DNA of 64,000 bases from Microcoleus sp. (GTDB lineage: Bacteria > Cyanobacteriota > Cyanobacteriia > Cyanobacteriales > Microcoleaceae), in contig CP181291.1 in the NCBI GenBank assembly GCA_052279835.1, forward strand, positions 928,001 to 992,000. Direction: 5' to 3'. The notes beneath the pieces were generated by a model. The model was not told the DNA's origin, made no database searches, and worked only from the letters and a program-made list of their open reading frames with translations. Below, piece by piece: positions 32,224 through 41,473 of this stretch. Each line of letters opens with the position of its first letter. Within the stretch, counting starts at the first letter, position 1. The translations under genes were made by a program, and so were the position numbers.

Positions 32224-33591
32224 TTAATTTTGACAGCAGGTTCTAACATATTCTCGAACAACAAGAGATAAATCAAACAATACTTTCTCTGCTTCTATTC
32301 TGTTGATTAAATAACGTTGACGCAACGATCGCAACCCATTCATCAAGTCCGATGATGACAGAGATAAACTTTGGCTTAAATCTTCCCTTGACACAGGTAA
32401 GTCAAATTTACTTAATTGTAAAAGAATCTCTTGTTCTGTGGGTGATAGCCGCTTGAATAATTCAGTCAACCGAGATTTCATATCCTTAGTGACAACTAAA
32501 CTATCTTCTTTTAAAAAATCAGCAACTTTCCCCCCAAATATATTTTTAATTAAACTGGCAATATCTTTTAGATCAACGAAATTTCCTCCGTACATATCGC
32601 TCAACTCCGCCCAGGAGTCATCATCTTTTAGTCCCCATTTTTTGAAGATTTCTGTATTGTCTAATCCTTGTAAATCTAAGCACTTAATAGGATATAAATC
32701 CTCATCCAGACTAATCATTTCTTGACATTGTTCCTGACTTATTAAAATGAAGCTGCTTTGATGTTCTAGATTTGTCATCATTTTCAATAAATTTTGGAAA
32801 TTTTTAGATTCCGTTTTGAACTCTCCTGCCAATTCTCCCTTAATAAATAATTCTTGGAAATCATCAACGATGATTAAACATCTTTGTTGACGCAAAAGAT
32901 TGAAAAATTGAGTTAACTTATTATCGGTTTGAATAAGCTCATCATTAACACAGATTAAAATTTCATTAATAATGTTATCTAAAGATTGAGATAGTTTGAG
33001 ATTTTTCCAGATTACTACCTCAAAATGTGCTAAATTTAGGTCAACAAACTGTTTGACTAGGGTGGTTTTGCCAATTCCACTTAATCCTAAAACTGAGACT
33101 AGATGAACATTTTGGTCGATTAACCAGTGGGAGAGGGTTTGAAGTTCGGTTGTGCGATCGTAAAAGCTGGTGATTTTTGGGGCTAGGGTTAAATCACGAT
33201 ACAGAGATTTAGATTGATTTTCAGTTATATTCTCTTGATTGTCTTTGTTTGTATTATATAAAAATTCTCGATTAAAATTAAAATTGTAATTGCTACCGTT
33301 TACATGACAAATATTTTGATTTTGAGATGATTGTATATGCAGTCTTTGGAAGGTAGAGCGAAAATTGTACTTATTAACATCTTCGCCTAACTGTTTAGAT
33401 AAAATCTGCCATAGCTGACGCCCAACATTTCTAACACGACTTTCGCTGCGGTTACATTCATCAGCAATTTCATCATAGGTTTTTCCCTGATAAACCCCTG
33501 TAATTACGGATTTTTGCACATCATCCAAGTGTTTTCCTGTGTTAGTGAAAATCAACCTATCGGCACATTGTAAAACCTCTGTAACATTCAT
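32224..33591 (-). CDS. N-terminal HTH plus STAND (NB-ARC-like) ATPase without C-terminal sensor repeats
   Basis: GKTYDEIA...LWQILS HTH; FYDRTTEL; Walker A GLSGIGKT; Walker B LIIVDD; ends after a wHTH (LRSLRQRYLI..VVREYV). Confidence 0.85.
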   Translation of the reverse strand: MNVTEVLQCADRLIFTNTGKHLDDVQKSVITGVYQGKTYDEIADECNRSESRVRNVGRQLWQILSKQLGEDVNKYNFRSTFQRLHIQSSQNQNICHVNGSNYNFNFNREFLYNTNKDNQENITENQSKSLYRDLTLAPKITSFYDRTTELQTLSHWLIDQNVHLVSVLGLSGIGKTTLVKQFVDLNLAHFEVVIWKNLKLSQSLDNIINEILICVNDELIQTDNKLTQFFNLLRQQRCLIIVDDFQELFIKGELAGEFKTESKNFQNLLKMMTNLEHQSSFILISQEQCQEMISLDEDLYPIKCLDLQGLDNTEIFKKWGLKDDDSWAELSDMYGGNFVDLKDIASLIKNIFGGKVADFLKEDSLVVTKDMKSRLTELFKRLSPTEQEILLQLSKFDLPVSREDLSQSLSLSSSDLMNGLRSLRQRYLINRIEAEKVLFDLSLVVREYVRTCCQN

Positions 33592-33777
33592 AAAATGTAT
33601 CCACAGTAAATTTATGACAATTATAGTATATTTTAAGATATTTAATTAATTTTTGTTAATTTTAGTTTGATTTTTATAAAAAAACACAAGATAAAATAAG
33701 ACATTTTAAGCTTGTGTTCGTTTATCAAAGTATGTATAGTGATTTTTATGATTTTGTTTTGAACAAGGCACTTCAGT

Positions 33778-34134
33778 ATGTCAATGCCTCAAAGAATGAC
33801 TGATGCTAATCTTAGATCGATTCCATCCGGTCTATCTGGCATTTATGCAATATACCATGATTTTGATGGAGAAATTGATACTGCTTATGTAGGAAGAGCC
33901 AAAGGGACACCCGGAAGTTGTATCAAGACAAGACTTCAAAAACATTTTAGTGGTAAAGATAAGCAGCGAATTGGAACTGTGATATCCAGCCACCAAGATG
34001 AGTTTTTCTTTTCTTATGAAGTGATTGAAAGTTATGAACAATTGAAGAGAATTGAAAAGTCAGAAATTGTGAATATCCTACCAGCGGGGAACGTCCAACG
34101 CAATTTCAAAATTGAAGATTTAGGTATAGAGTGA
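33778..34134 (+). CDS. Stand-alone GIY-YIG nuclease domain protein
   Basis: SGIYAIY...AYVGRA...IKTRLQKH...IEKSEI...LPAGN carries the GIY, YVG, Arg, Glu and Asn signature residues. Confidence 0.8.
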   Translation: MSMPQRMTDANLRSIPSGLSGIYAIYHDFDGEIDTAYVGRAKGTPGSCIKTRLQKHFSGKDKQRIGTVISSHQDEFFFSYEVIESYEQLKRIEKSEIVNILPAGNVQRNFKIEDLGIE

Positions 34135-34213
34135 GCGAATTATAAATTTCACAAAATATCATATTGCTCAGACAAAATTCAACACAAGTTAGTGACAATA
34201 GAGGTAAAAGTTT

Positions 34214-34885
34214 ATGGTTGATGGTCAAATTTTTAAGTATGCAGTGGACTTGGTTATCTGTATTGATGGCACTGGTTCAATGGGTCATTTAATTGAAGAA
34301 GTTAAGTCACTCGCTCTCAAGTTTTACGATGAGTTAGAAGCTGAGATGAAAAAACTAGGTAAAAAAGCAGAGCAACTGAGAGCTAGGGTAATTGTATTTC
34401 GGGATTATTGGGCAGATTCACCCGATAAAGTGATGCAATGTTCTGAGTTTTTTGACTTGCGATCGCAGTCCTCCGATTTTGCTAATTTTGTCTCTCCAAT
34501 TAAAGCTGACGGTGGTGGGGATGAACCGGAAAATGGCTTAGAAGCATTGGGGTTAGCACTTAAGTCTAACTGGGAAAAAGGAGACTTTAGTAAGCAACGA
34601 TATGTCGTAGTTGTTTTTACAGATGCTAGCGCTCATAGTTTAGACAAAGGTCCTAAACCCAGTCACTATCCCAATGATATACCAAAAACTTTTGATGATT
34701 TGACAGATTACTGGCATGAAATGCCAACACCAGCCAAGCGTTTATTATTGTTTGCACCTGATGCAGATCCCTGGACAATGATGAGTAGCTGGGAAAATAC
34801 GATTCATTATGTTTCCGAAGCAGGTAGGGGATTAGAAAAAACAGAGATGGAGCAAATTTTAAATGCGATCGCCAAGAGTATATAA
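34214..34885 (+). CDS. von Willebrand factor A domain protein, copy 1
   Basis: MIDAS-like DLVICIDGTGSM, FRDY, GGGDEPENGLEAL, VFTDA. Confidence 0.9.
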   Translation: MVDGQIFKYAVDLVICIDGTGSMGHLIEEVKSLALKFYDELEAEMKKLGKKAEQLRARVIVFRDYWADSPDKVMQCSEFFDLRSQSSDFANFVSPIKADGGGDEPENGLEALGLALKSNWEKGDFSKQRYVVVVFTDASAHSLDKGPKPSHYPNDIPKTFDDLTDYWHEMPTPAKRLLLFAPDADPWTMMSSWENTIHYVSEAGRGLEKTEMEQILNAIAKSI

Positions 34886-35100
34886 GTAGTCGGACATAAA
34901 TAAAGGCAGCCAAATCCGAAGTGAAGGTAGCCTCATAAAATGAAGCATTTGCAATTGGTTGAAATTGCCAAGCACAGTAGTAGGGTGTGTCAGATTTGTA
35001 AGTTAATGGTAAAAAAATAGCTTTACTTTCTGACCAACCCTAAACATCAAACTATCAGAGAAAGTTAAGTATAAGCAAGTGACAACGCAGGTAAAAGTCT

Positions 35101-35769
35101 ATGGTTGATGGTCAAAGTTTTAGGTGGGCAGTGGACTTGGTGATATGTATTGATGGGACAGCTTCAATGGGTTATTTGGAAGCAGTGAAGTCATCCGCTC
35201 TGAAGTTTTGCGATCAACTAGAAGTTAGTATGAAAAAAGGAGGTAAAAAAATAGATCAACTCAGAGCTAGGATAATTGTTTTTCGAGATTATTGGGCAAA
35301 TACAGCCGAACAGGCGATGCAATATTCTGAGTTTTTTGATTTGCGATCTCAATCCTCCGATTTTACTAATTATGTCTCTTCAATTAGATCTGAACCTGGG
35401 GGCGATGAACCAGAAAATGGTTTAGAAGCACTTGCTTTAGCGCTTAAGTCTAACTGGGAGAAAGGAGACTTTTTAAAGAAACGATATGTCGTAATTGTTT
35501 TCACCGATGCTAGTGCTCATAGTTTAGAAAAAATTCCTAAACCCAGTCATTATCCCAATGATATACCAAAAACTTTTGATGAATTGACCGACTTCTGGCA
35601 CGAAATGCCAGAAAGATCCAACCGTTTAATACTATTTGCACCTGATGTTGAACCCTGGACAATGATTAGTAGCTGGGAAAGTACAATTCATTATGTTTCC
35701 GAAGCAGGGCATGGATTAGAAGAAGGAGAAATGGATCAAATTATATTCGCGACTCACAGTGGGATATAA
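35101..35769 (+). CDS. von Willebrand factor A domain protein, copy 2 (tandem paralog)
   Basis: DLVICIDGTASM, PGGDEPENGLEAL, VFTDA; collinear with copy 1. Confidence 0.9.
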   Translation: MVDGQSFRWAVDLVICIDGTASMGYLEAVKSSALKFCDQLEVSMKKGGKKIDQLRARIIVFRDYWANTAEQAMQYSEFFDLRSQSSDFTNYVSSIRSEPGGDEPENGLEALALALKSNWEKGDFLKKRYVVIVFTDASAHSLEKIPKPSHYPNDIPKTFDELTDFWHEMPERSNRLILFAPDVEPWTMISSWESTIHYVSEAGHGLEEGEMDQIIFATHSGI

Positions 35770-35867
35770 GTAGTTTGGTTAATTTGTAATTCAGGTTAAA
35801 TCATCAATCAAAAAACTAGGGTTAACTTAACCTTAAAAGTCCACCTAAAAAAATAATGAATTAAGTT

Positions 35868-37673
35868 ATGATCATGACTAAGTTGAATTTAGTAGTCAAT
35901 ATAGAAGTTGCCGAAGACAAAGGTGAAGATGCTAATCTATTTGATCGAGATTTTAGAGAAAATATTTTGATGGGGGTGTTTGACGGCTTAGGAGGTCGAT
36001 CGGCTGGTTATGGTGGCAAAACAGGGGGGCGCATTGCCTCAGAAGTCGCATCTCAACTCAGCAAAAAATTCTTTAAACAATGGAATGGTAAAATAACGCC
36101 TGAAAATGTCATTTTACTGCAACAAGAAATTTGCCGCTCACTGAAAATTCTAGCCGATACTAATATGTCGAGAACTTCATCTCGGCTAAAAGGTTCTTTA
36201 ATGGAACATAAACTTTGTACAACGATCGCCCTAGCTAGCATTCTCAAGCAACAAGGACAAGAAAAAATTTTTGAAGCTGACTTAGCTTGGATGGGAGATT
36301 CACGAATTTATTTTCTAAGTCCAACTAAAGGTTTACAACAATTAACTAAAGATGATTTAGTCACTCCCAAAGATGCCTTAGAAATGCTGAGACAAGATCC
36401 ACCCATGTCTCAATTTTTAACTGCCGATCTAAATCCGAGATGGCAAATTCATTATCAGCGTCATATCATAGAAGAACCGGGCTGTTTTTTAGCTTGTACT
36501 GACGGCTGTTTTCAGTATTTTTCTGCTCCTTGGGAATTTGAAAAGTTGTTAGTAGAAACACTATTGCAATCAATCGGTGATAAAATAACAGATAACAATT
36601 GGGATAAATTACTTTCCCAAAAATACACTCAAATCAAACAAGATGATGTTTCTTTAGTTCTATCTGTTGTAGGATTTTATAACATTAAGGAATTTAAAAA
36701 CTATTATCGCCAACGTTTGCAGTATCTCCAAGAAAACTTTATTTCTCCTACGGCTAATACTCCCTATGAGGATTTACAAAACCTGTGGGAAAAGTATCGA
36801 ATTAATTATGAACATTATTTGCCATTCATTCAGCATATTCAGCCAACCGCTAATTCTCAACCGCCAGTGTCAGAAGCGAAACCCTCCCCAGCCAGTTCAA
36901 CCAGTTCAAGTTTGAGTACAAATAAATTTCAAGAAATTACTCAATCATCTAAAGATAAAGCAACAGCTAATGCTGAAAAAATTAAAAGTTTGCTCGATAG
37001 GGCTAACTCTTGTTATGACAACTATCAACTAAAAGAAGCTCAAGATTGGTGTAATCAAGTTTTGGAGATTGATCCTCATCACAGTGAATGTAAATATCTT
37101 TTAGGATTGATTTATACTAAATCAGCTTTTTCGGAAAAACATTCTTATCAAAAACAAGCTTTATTCCAAAAAGCCGCTTTATATTGGGAAAATGAAGTTA
37201 TTAAAATTTATGGAAAGACACTTATAGATTCCTACCTAAATTTAGGTTCTATTTACTATAATTTGAGTGAATGGCAGAAAGCTGTTGACTATTATCGCAA
37301 ATATTTTAAACTTCTTCTTGAGGCTAAGGAAAAACTCCACGATTGGGAAAAATTCCACGATTGGGAAGAACACTTAGAAGCATTCGTTACATCTCTAAAT
37401 TTAATCAGTAATAAATATGAACCATCAAATGTAGCCATTCAGTTTTGTCAGTGTCTAGCCAACCTTTTTGCCGTAGGCAAAAAGGCTTACCCTTATTACT
37501 TTATGGCACTTTTACATGAAATAAGAGGAGAATCAAGTGCAGCATTCAATAATATTCAAAGAGCAATGAATATTTATGATAGATTGCACTCTACCGAATT
37601 TAACTATGAAAGCCGGCTAAAAGCGCAACAAAAGTATCGAGAAATTCAGAATAAATACTACTATAGCAGATAA
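35868..37673 (+). CDS. PP2C-family protein phosphatase with C-terminal TPR repeats
   Basis: GEDA, GVFDGLGG, CTT, WMGDSRIY, LQQLTKD, ACTDG, QDDVS; Ser/Pro linker then TPR-like helices (YLLGLIY, YLNLGSIYY). Confidence 0.87.
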   Translation: MIMTKLNLVVNIEVAEDKGEDANLFDRDFRENILMGVFDGLGGRSAGYGGKTGGRIASEVASQLSKKFFKQWNGKITPENVILLQQEICRSLKILADTNMSRTSSRLKGSLMEHKLCTTIALASILKQQGQEKIFEADLAWMGDSRIYFLSPTKGLQQLTKDDLVTPKDALEMLRQDPPMSQFLTADLNPRWQIHYQRHIIEEPGCFLACTDGCFQYFSAPWEFEKLLVETLLQSIGDKITDNNWDKLLSQKYTQIKQDDVSLVLSVVGFYNIKEFKNYYRQRLQYLQENFISPTANTPYEDLQNLWEKYRINYEHYLPFIQHIQPTANSQPPVSEAKPSPASSTSSSLSTNKFQEITQSSKDKATANAEKIKSLLDRANSCYDNYQLKEAQDWCNQVLEIDPHHSECKYLLGLIYTKSAFSEKHSYQKQALFQKAALYWENEVIKIYGKTLIDSYLNLGSIYYNLSEWQKAVDYYRKYFKLLLEAKEKLHDWEKFHDWEEHLEAFVTSLNLISNKYEPSNVAIQFCQCLANLFAVGKKAYPYYFMALLHEIRGESSAAFNNIQRAMNIYDRLHSTEFNYESRLKAQQKYREIQNKYYYSR

Positions 37674-37679
37674 TAACCT

Positions 37680-38684
37680 ATGTCTTACAAAGAAGGTGAT
37701 GTAATTACTGACAAATATCTAGTAACCCGTGACTTTGATAGTGCTAATGGGGGTCAATGCCAATGGGGTTTTGCTCTGAATATACACGATGGAAACGAAT
37801 ATTTTGTTAAAAAATTCCTCAGTCCAGTTTATCCAGGTGAAGATGCACCAGGAAGCGAAAAAGGAAAACAAAAGCGGCGCGATCAGTGTGATGAATTTGC
37901 GAGAAAACAGCTAGCTATTCAAACAGCACTATCCGCTTGTGGTGCAGGCGGATCGGTAGTAGTGATGGTGGACTTTTTTAAGTACGGTGACGATTATGGT
38001 AAACATTTCTTCAAAGTCTGCCAAAAAGTTGATACCAGTTCCTTATCAAAGGAGATACATACACTAGAGCCAAAAAAGCGTTTATTTGTGATGCTAACAG
38101 CAGCAGGCGCGCTGAAAATTTTACACTCAAATGGCATTGTCCATCTTGACTTGAAACCAGATAATGTGCTGATTCAAGAATGGGAAGGAAGGCAAGTTGC
38201 TAAAATTATTGATTTTGATAGTAGTATTCTTGAAGGAGAATTAATCGCGGCGGAGTTTTTAGTCGGCGATCCGGTATATTATTCCCCAGAATTTGCCAAA
38301 CATATTGCTACAGCAGGAAAGACACCTGCACCCACTAAAAAATCTGATATTTTTTCCCTGGGTTTGATTTTCAGTCAATATTGGACAGGTGATCGTCCGA
38401 TGTTATCAGAAAAGTATACTTATGCTCACGAAGCTATTCTGGATCGAAAAAAACTGGAATTACCGTCGATTAAAAATACAACTAAATTGCGCGGTACTCT
38501 CATTCGAGAAGATCCACTAGATACCGAAGTGCGTAAACTAATAGGAGAGATGTTAGCTTTAAACCATGAAGAAAGACCTGATATTAATCAAGTTCATCAA
38601 AGAATAAAGTATTATTATAATAATGGTGTTCCACCCAAAGATGGTAGAAATAAGCTAAGCATCAATCTGAAGCCCAAATTATGA
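37680..38684 (+). CDS. Ser/Thr protein kinase (Hanks type)
   Basis: FVKK lysine, IVHLDLKPDN, IDFDS (DFG variant), YYSPE, SDIFSLG, ERP. Confidence 0.9.
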   Translation: MSYKEGDVITDKYLVTRDFDSANGGQCQWGFALNIHDGNEYFVKKFLSPVYPGEDAPGSEKGKQKRRDQCDEFARKQLAIQTALSACGAGGSVVVMVDFFKYGDDYGKHFFKVCQKVDTSSLSKEIHTLEPKKRLFVMLTAAGALKILHSNGIVHLDLKPDNVLIQEWEGRQVAKIIDFDSSILEGELIAAEFLVGDPVYYSPEFAKHIATAGKTPAPTKKSDIFSLGLIFSQYWTGDRPMLSEKYTYAHEAILDRKKLELPSIKNTTKLRGTLIREDPLDTEVRKLIGEMLALNHEERPDINQVHQRIKYYYNNGVPPKDGRNKLSINLKPKL

Positions 38685-38697
38685 AATTTTTGATTTT

Positions 38698-39276
38698 ATG
38701 AAAAAAACTTACCAGTGTAAAGGTTGTGGGAATGAAGTTGTTTCACTGATGAAGCCTTCAGAGTGTCAGGTTTGTACAGGACGAGAATGGACGAGATTAG
38801 CTACGAGTAAACCGATTGATTCAGGAGATGAAACTATGGCTATTGATAAAGATTTATTTTCTTCCTTTAAATTTCGATCTACAATCGAGGGTTATTGCCG
38901 AGATATTGGCTGGAAGATTTCTAGTATTGATAATGAAATAGCAGTAATTAAGTTTGATATGGAGTCTGGCAGCACACAAACTTTATTGATTGTCAAGTAC
39001 GATTCAACGCTTGAGTTTTCTTGTCCTAGCGGCTTAAAGTTTGACGATATAGATGATGTTCCCCACAATCTATCCACGTTTCTTCTGGGGAAAAATGCTG
39101 AATATAAACTTGGTTTTTGGGCTCTGCAAAAAATCGGTCGAAAACAAACTTTTTCAATTATCCATAACGCAGAAATGAGTTTAATAGATGTGAATTATTT
39201 CGGCAGGTTAGTAGTTAAGTTGATACAAGAATGTGATGATTTTGAAAGAAAAATTGAAGAATTACTCAATAATTAA
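38698..39276 (+). CDS. Zn-ribbon plus putative YbjN/T3S-chaperone-like domain protein
   Basis: CKGC...CQVC N-terminus; the C-terminal GW..., LL..N....GFW pattern recalls the YbjN-like fold; possible internal start at 38836 after AGGAG. Confidence 0.55.
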   Translation: MKKTYQCKGCGNEVVSLMKPSECQVCTGREWTRLATSKPIDSGDETMAIDKDLFSSFKFRSTIEGYCRDIGWKISSIDNEIAVIKFDMESGSTQTLLIVKYDSTLEFSCPSGLKFDDIDDVPHNLSTFLLGKNAEYKLGFWALQKIGRKQTFSIIHNAEMSLIDVNYFGRLVVKLIQECDDFERKIEELLNN

Positions 39277-39402
39277 TTAATATGCGTTAGCGTAGTTATC
39301 CCTTAGTAATCTCTTTTTTGGACGTGGGGTGTTGGATGCTGAACGATCGCCCCTCCCCAACACCACTGCAACATCTCTGTTGTGGATGTATTTTTCAGAA
39401 CC

Positions 39403-39499
39403 AGGACTTACGCATGGGGCAAAAAACCCGGTTTCTCCGTCAATACTTATCGAAAAAGTGACGATTATTGGAAGAAACCGGGTTTTTTGTGTAAGCCCT
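39403..39499. mobile_element. MITE-like element
   Basis: Terminal inverted AGGACTTACGCA ... TGTGTAAGCCCT enclosing an AAAAAACCCGGTTTCT ... AGAAACCGGGTTTTTT inverted pair. Confidence 0.7.
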
Positions 39500-39566
39500 A
39501 AGAACTATACTCTCCTGACTCTAAATAGGTGATGATAAGAATAGTACCTATTCAAAAGTTCTCTCA

Positions 39567-39977
39567 ATGACTTTTATCCCATCCGAAGCGTTTAAATCTA
39601 TTAGTTATCCCAGCCGCACCGTCAAAAGAGCCGATCGCGCGATCCGGTGCAGCCCATTTCAATTACACTTCTTCCAGACCATCCGCGATAACAGCGTTTT
39701 CCTAACTGCGATCGCCTCAAATTCCGGTGTCGAAAGCGGTTACACCCGATCGCCCGTAGCCGAACTCACAGCCGAAAACTCCCTGCTGTGGCTGATCCAA
39801 GTCGGCGTACTGCGGCGAGAAGTAGATGGACAAGGGATTACCGACAGTTTTCGCCTCACGCCCCTAGGCCGCCAACTCGTGGAAAAATGGGAACAGGAAG
39901 GAAATAAAGTGCCGGATGCTTCATTGTGCGATCGCCTGGGAAATGCCTTTAGCCGCGGGTTGGGACTGTTTCTATGA
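39567..39977 (+). CDS. Conserved cyanobacterial protein, Npun_F0494-like
   Basis: WLIQVGVLRREVDGQGITDSFRLTPLGR. Confidence 0.85.
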   Translation: MTFIPSEAFKSISYPSRTVKRADRAIRCSPFQLHFFQTIRDNSVFLTAIASNSGVESGYTRSPVAELTAENSLLWLIQVGVLRREVDGQGITDSFRLTPLGRQLVEKWEQEGNKVPDASLCDRLGNAFSRGLGLFL

Positions 39978-40007
39978 GATTTTCTCGCTTGCCACAGTCT
40001 GACAGAT

Positions 40008-40365
40008 AGTCCGACAGTCCGACAATCCGACAGTCCGACAGTCCGACAGGGAATGAATTCCCTGTCTCATAGCGAAAGTCGGTTAAAACCGACTGCAAGT
40101 CTAAATTCAACTTGATATTGAGTTTCGCATAAAACCGACTGCAAGTCTAAATTCAACTTGATGTTGAGTTTGCCATTTCACGTAAATCAACCTCCTCAGT
40201 CCTCTTTCAGAGGACTTGCGCTATGAGACAGGGATTTCAATCCCTGTCGGACTGTCGGACTGTCGGACTGTCGGACTGTCGGACTGTCGGACTGTCGGAC
40301 TGTCGGACTGTCGGACTGTCGGACTGTCGGACTGTCGGACTGTCGGACTGTCGGACTGTCGGACT
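40008..40365. repeat. Family A REP doublet (40047-40246) with inverted 8-nt tails
   Basis: (AGTCCGAC)n left tail; 15 copies of CTGTCGGA at 40244-40363; internal duplication of period 46 bp. Confidence 0.88.
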
Positions 40366-40492
40366 CGCCGTCAAACGAGTTCTACCCCTTAAATCCGTCA
40401 AGGGAAGGACGGGGTTTTAGACCCATTTTGTTGATAAATTAAATGCACGATCGCTTAACTAATACAAATTAAACTTAAATCAAATTAAAACA

Positions 40493-41056
40493 ATGGTTCA
40501 AACCCCGACTAAACCTTTGACTCTCGATGAATTTCTCCAACTGTCGGAAACCAAACCCGCCAGCGAATTCATCGACGATCAGATTATCCAGAAACCTATG
40601 CCCCAAGGAAAACACAGCACAATTCAAAGCGATTTGGGTACTGACATTAACCGGGTACTCAAATCGCAACGCATCGCCCGCGCCTATCCAGAATTGCGCT
40701 GCACCTTTGGCGGTCGATCGACTGTTCCCGATGTTAGTGTGTTTACTTGGGAACGGATTCCCCGCGACGACAACGGCGAAGTCGCCAACACCTTCGCCAT
40801 CGCCCCAGACTGGACGATTGAAATCCTGTCCCCAGATCAAAGTCAAACCAAAGTTGTCCGCAACATTCTTCACTGTCTCGCCCACGGAACCCAGATGGGC
40901 TGGTTGATTGACCCGGAAGAAGAACTGGTCTTTGTCTATTTTGCCGATCGCACCATAGCATTTTTTGAAGCAGCGGGCGATCGCCTCCCCGTTCCACCTT
41001 TCGCCGAATCCTTTAATCTAACTGTTGGTGAAATGTTCGGTTGGCTGAGTCAGTAG
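40493..41056 (+). CDS. Uma2 family (DUF820) PD-(D/E)xK nuclease-like protein
   Basis: KPASE..KPMPQGKHS..PELRC..VPDVSV..APDWTIEILSPDQ..GWLIDP. Confidence 0.92.
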   Translation: MVQTPTKPLTLDEFLQLSETKPASEFIDDQIIQKPMPQGKHSTIQSDLGTDINRVLKSQRIARAYPELRCTFGGRSTVPDVSVFTWERIPRDDNGEVANTFAIAPDWTIEILSPDQSQTKVVRNILHCLAHGTQMGWLIDPEEELVFVYFADRTIAFFEAAGDRLPVPPFAESFNLTVGEMFGWLSQ

Positions 41057-41325
41057 CGCCACCTGGATTTATGAATGATTTTTTAACCACAGAGGGCGCA
41101 GAGGGCGCAGAGGTAGAGAAGAGAGAGCTCTCTACGGATTTGCTTTGAGCGAATGTGCGTGCGATCGCCTATACTAGAATATCTGGCTGTCAGCTCTTCA
41201 AGGACGAGAGAGGACTAAATTCCTCAATACAAACTTAATTATGATTATTTAACCCGACTTGATAAGTAAGTCCATCTAACTAAACTTAAAATATCGATGG
41301 CTAAAAAACTTACTGTATAAGCACT

Positions 41326-41438
41326 GTTCCTTCTTCCTTCTTCGTGAATTTCCCCCTTGGGGGGGTTCTTCCTTCTTCCGTCTTCCTTCTTCCGTCTTCC
41401 TTCTTCCGTCTTCCTTCTTCCTTCTTCCTTCTTCCTTC
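41326..41438 (+). repeat. Heptamer STRR (CTTCTTC-type) upstream of ileS
   Basis: Tandem ttccttc/ttccgtc units. Confidence 0.8.
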
Positions 41439-41473
41439 TACTAACAACTAACTACAGAAAACGTTTCTCAAAA

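Noticed and set aside
32224..39276. Prophage or integrative element
   Set aside because: No integrase, structural genes, tRNA target or flanking direct repeats were seen
40493..41056. Uma2 gene as part of the defence operon
   Set aside because: Separated from it by a MITE, a conserved gene and a REP doublet; Uma2 paralogs are abundant and scattered in cyanobacteria
41357..41473. N-terminal extension of IleRS ([10 protein letters not shown]...)
   Set aside because: Read-through of an STRR; the conserved start is the ATG at 41474
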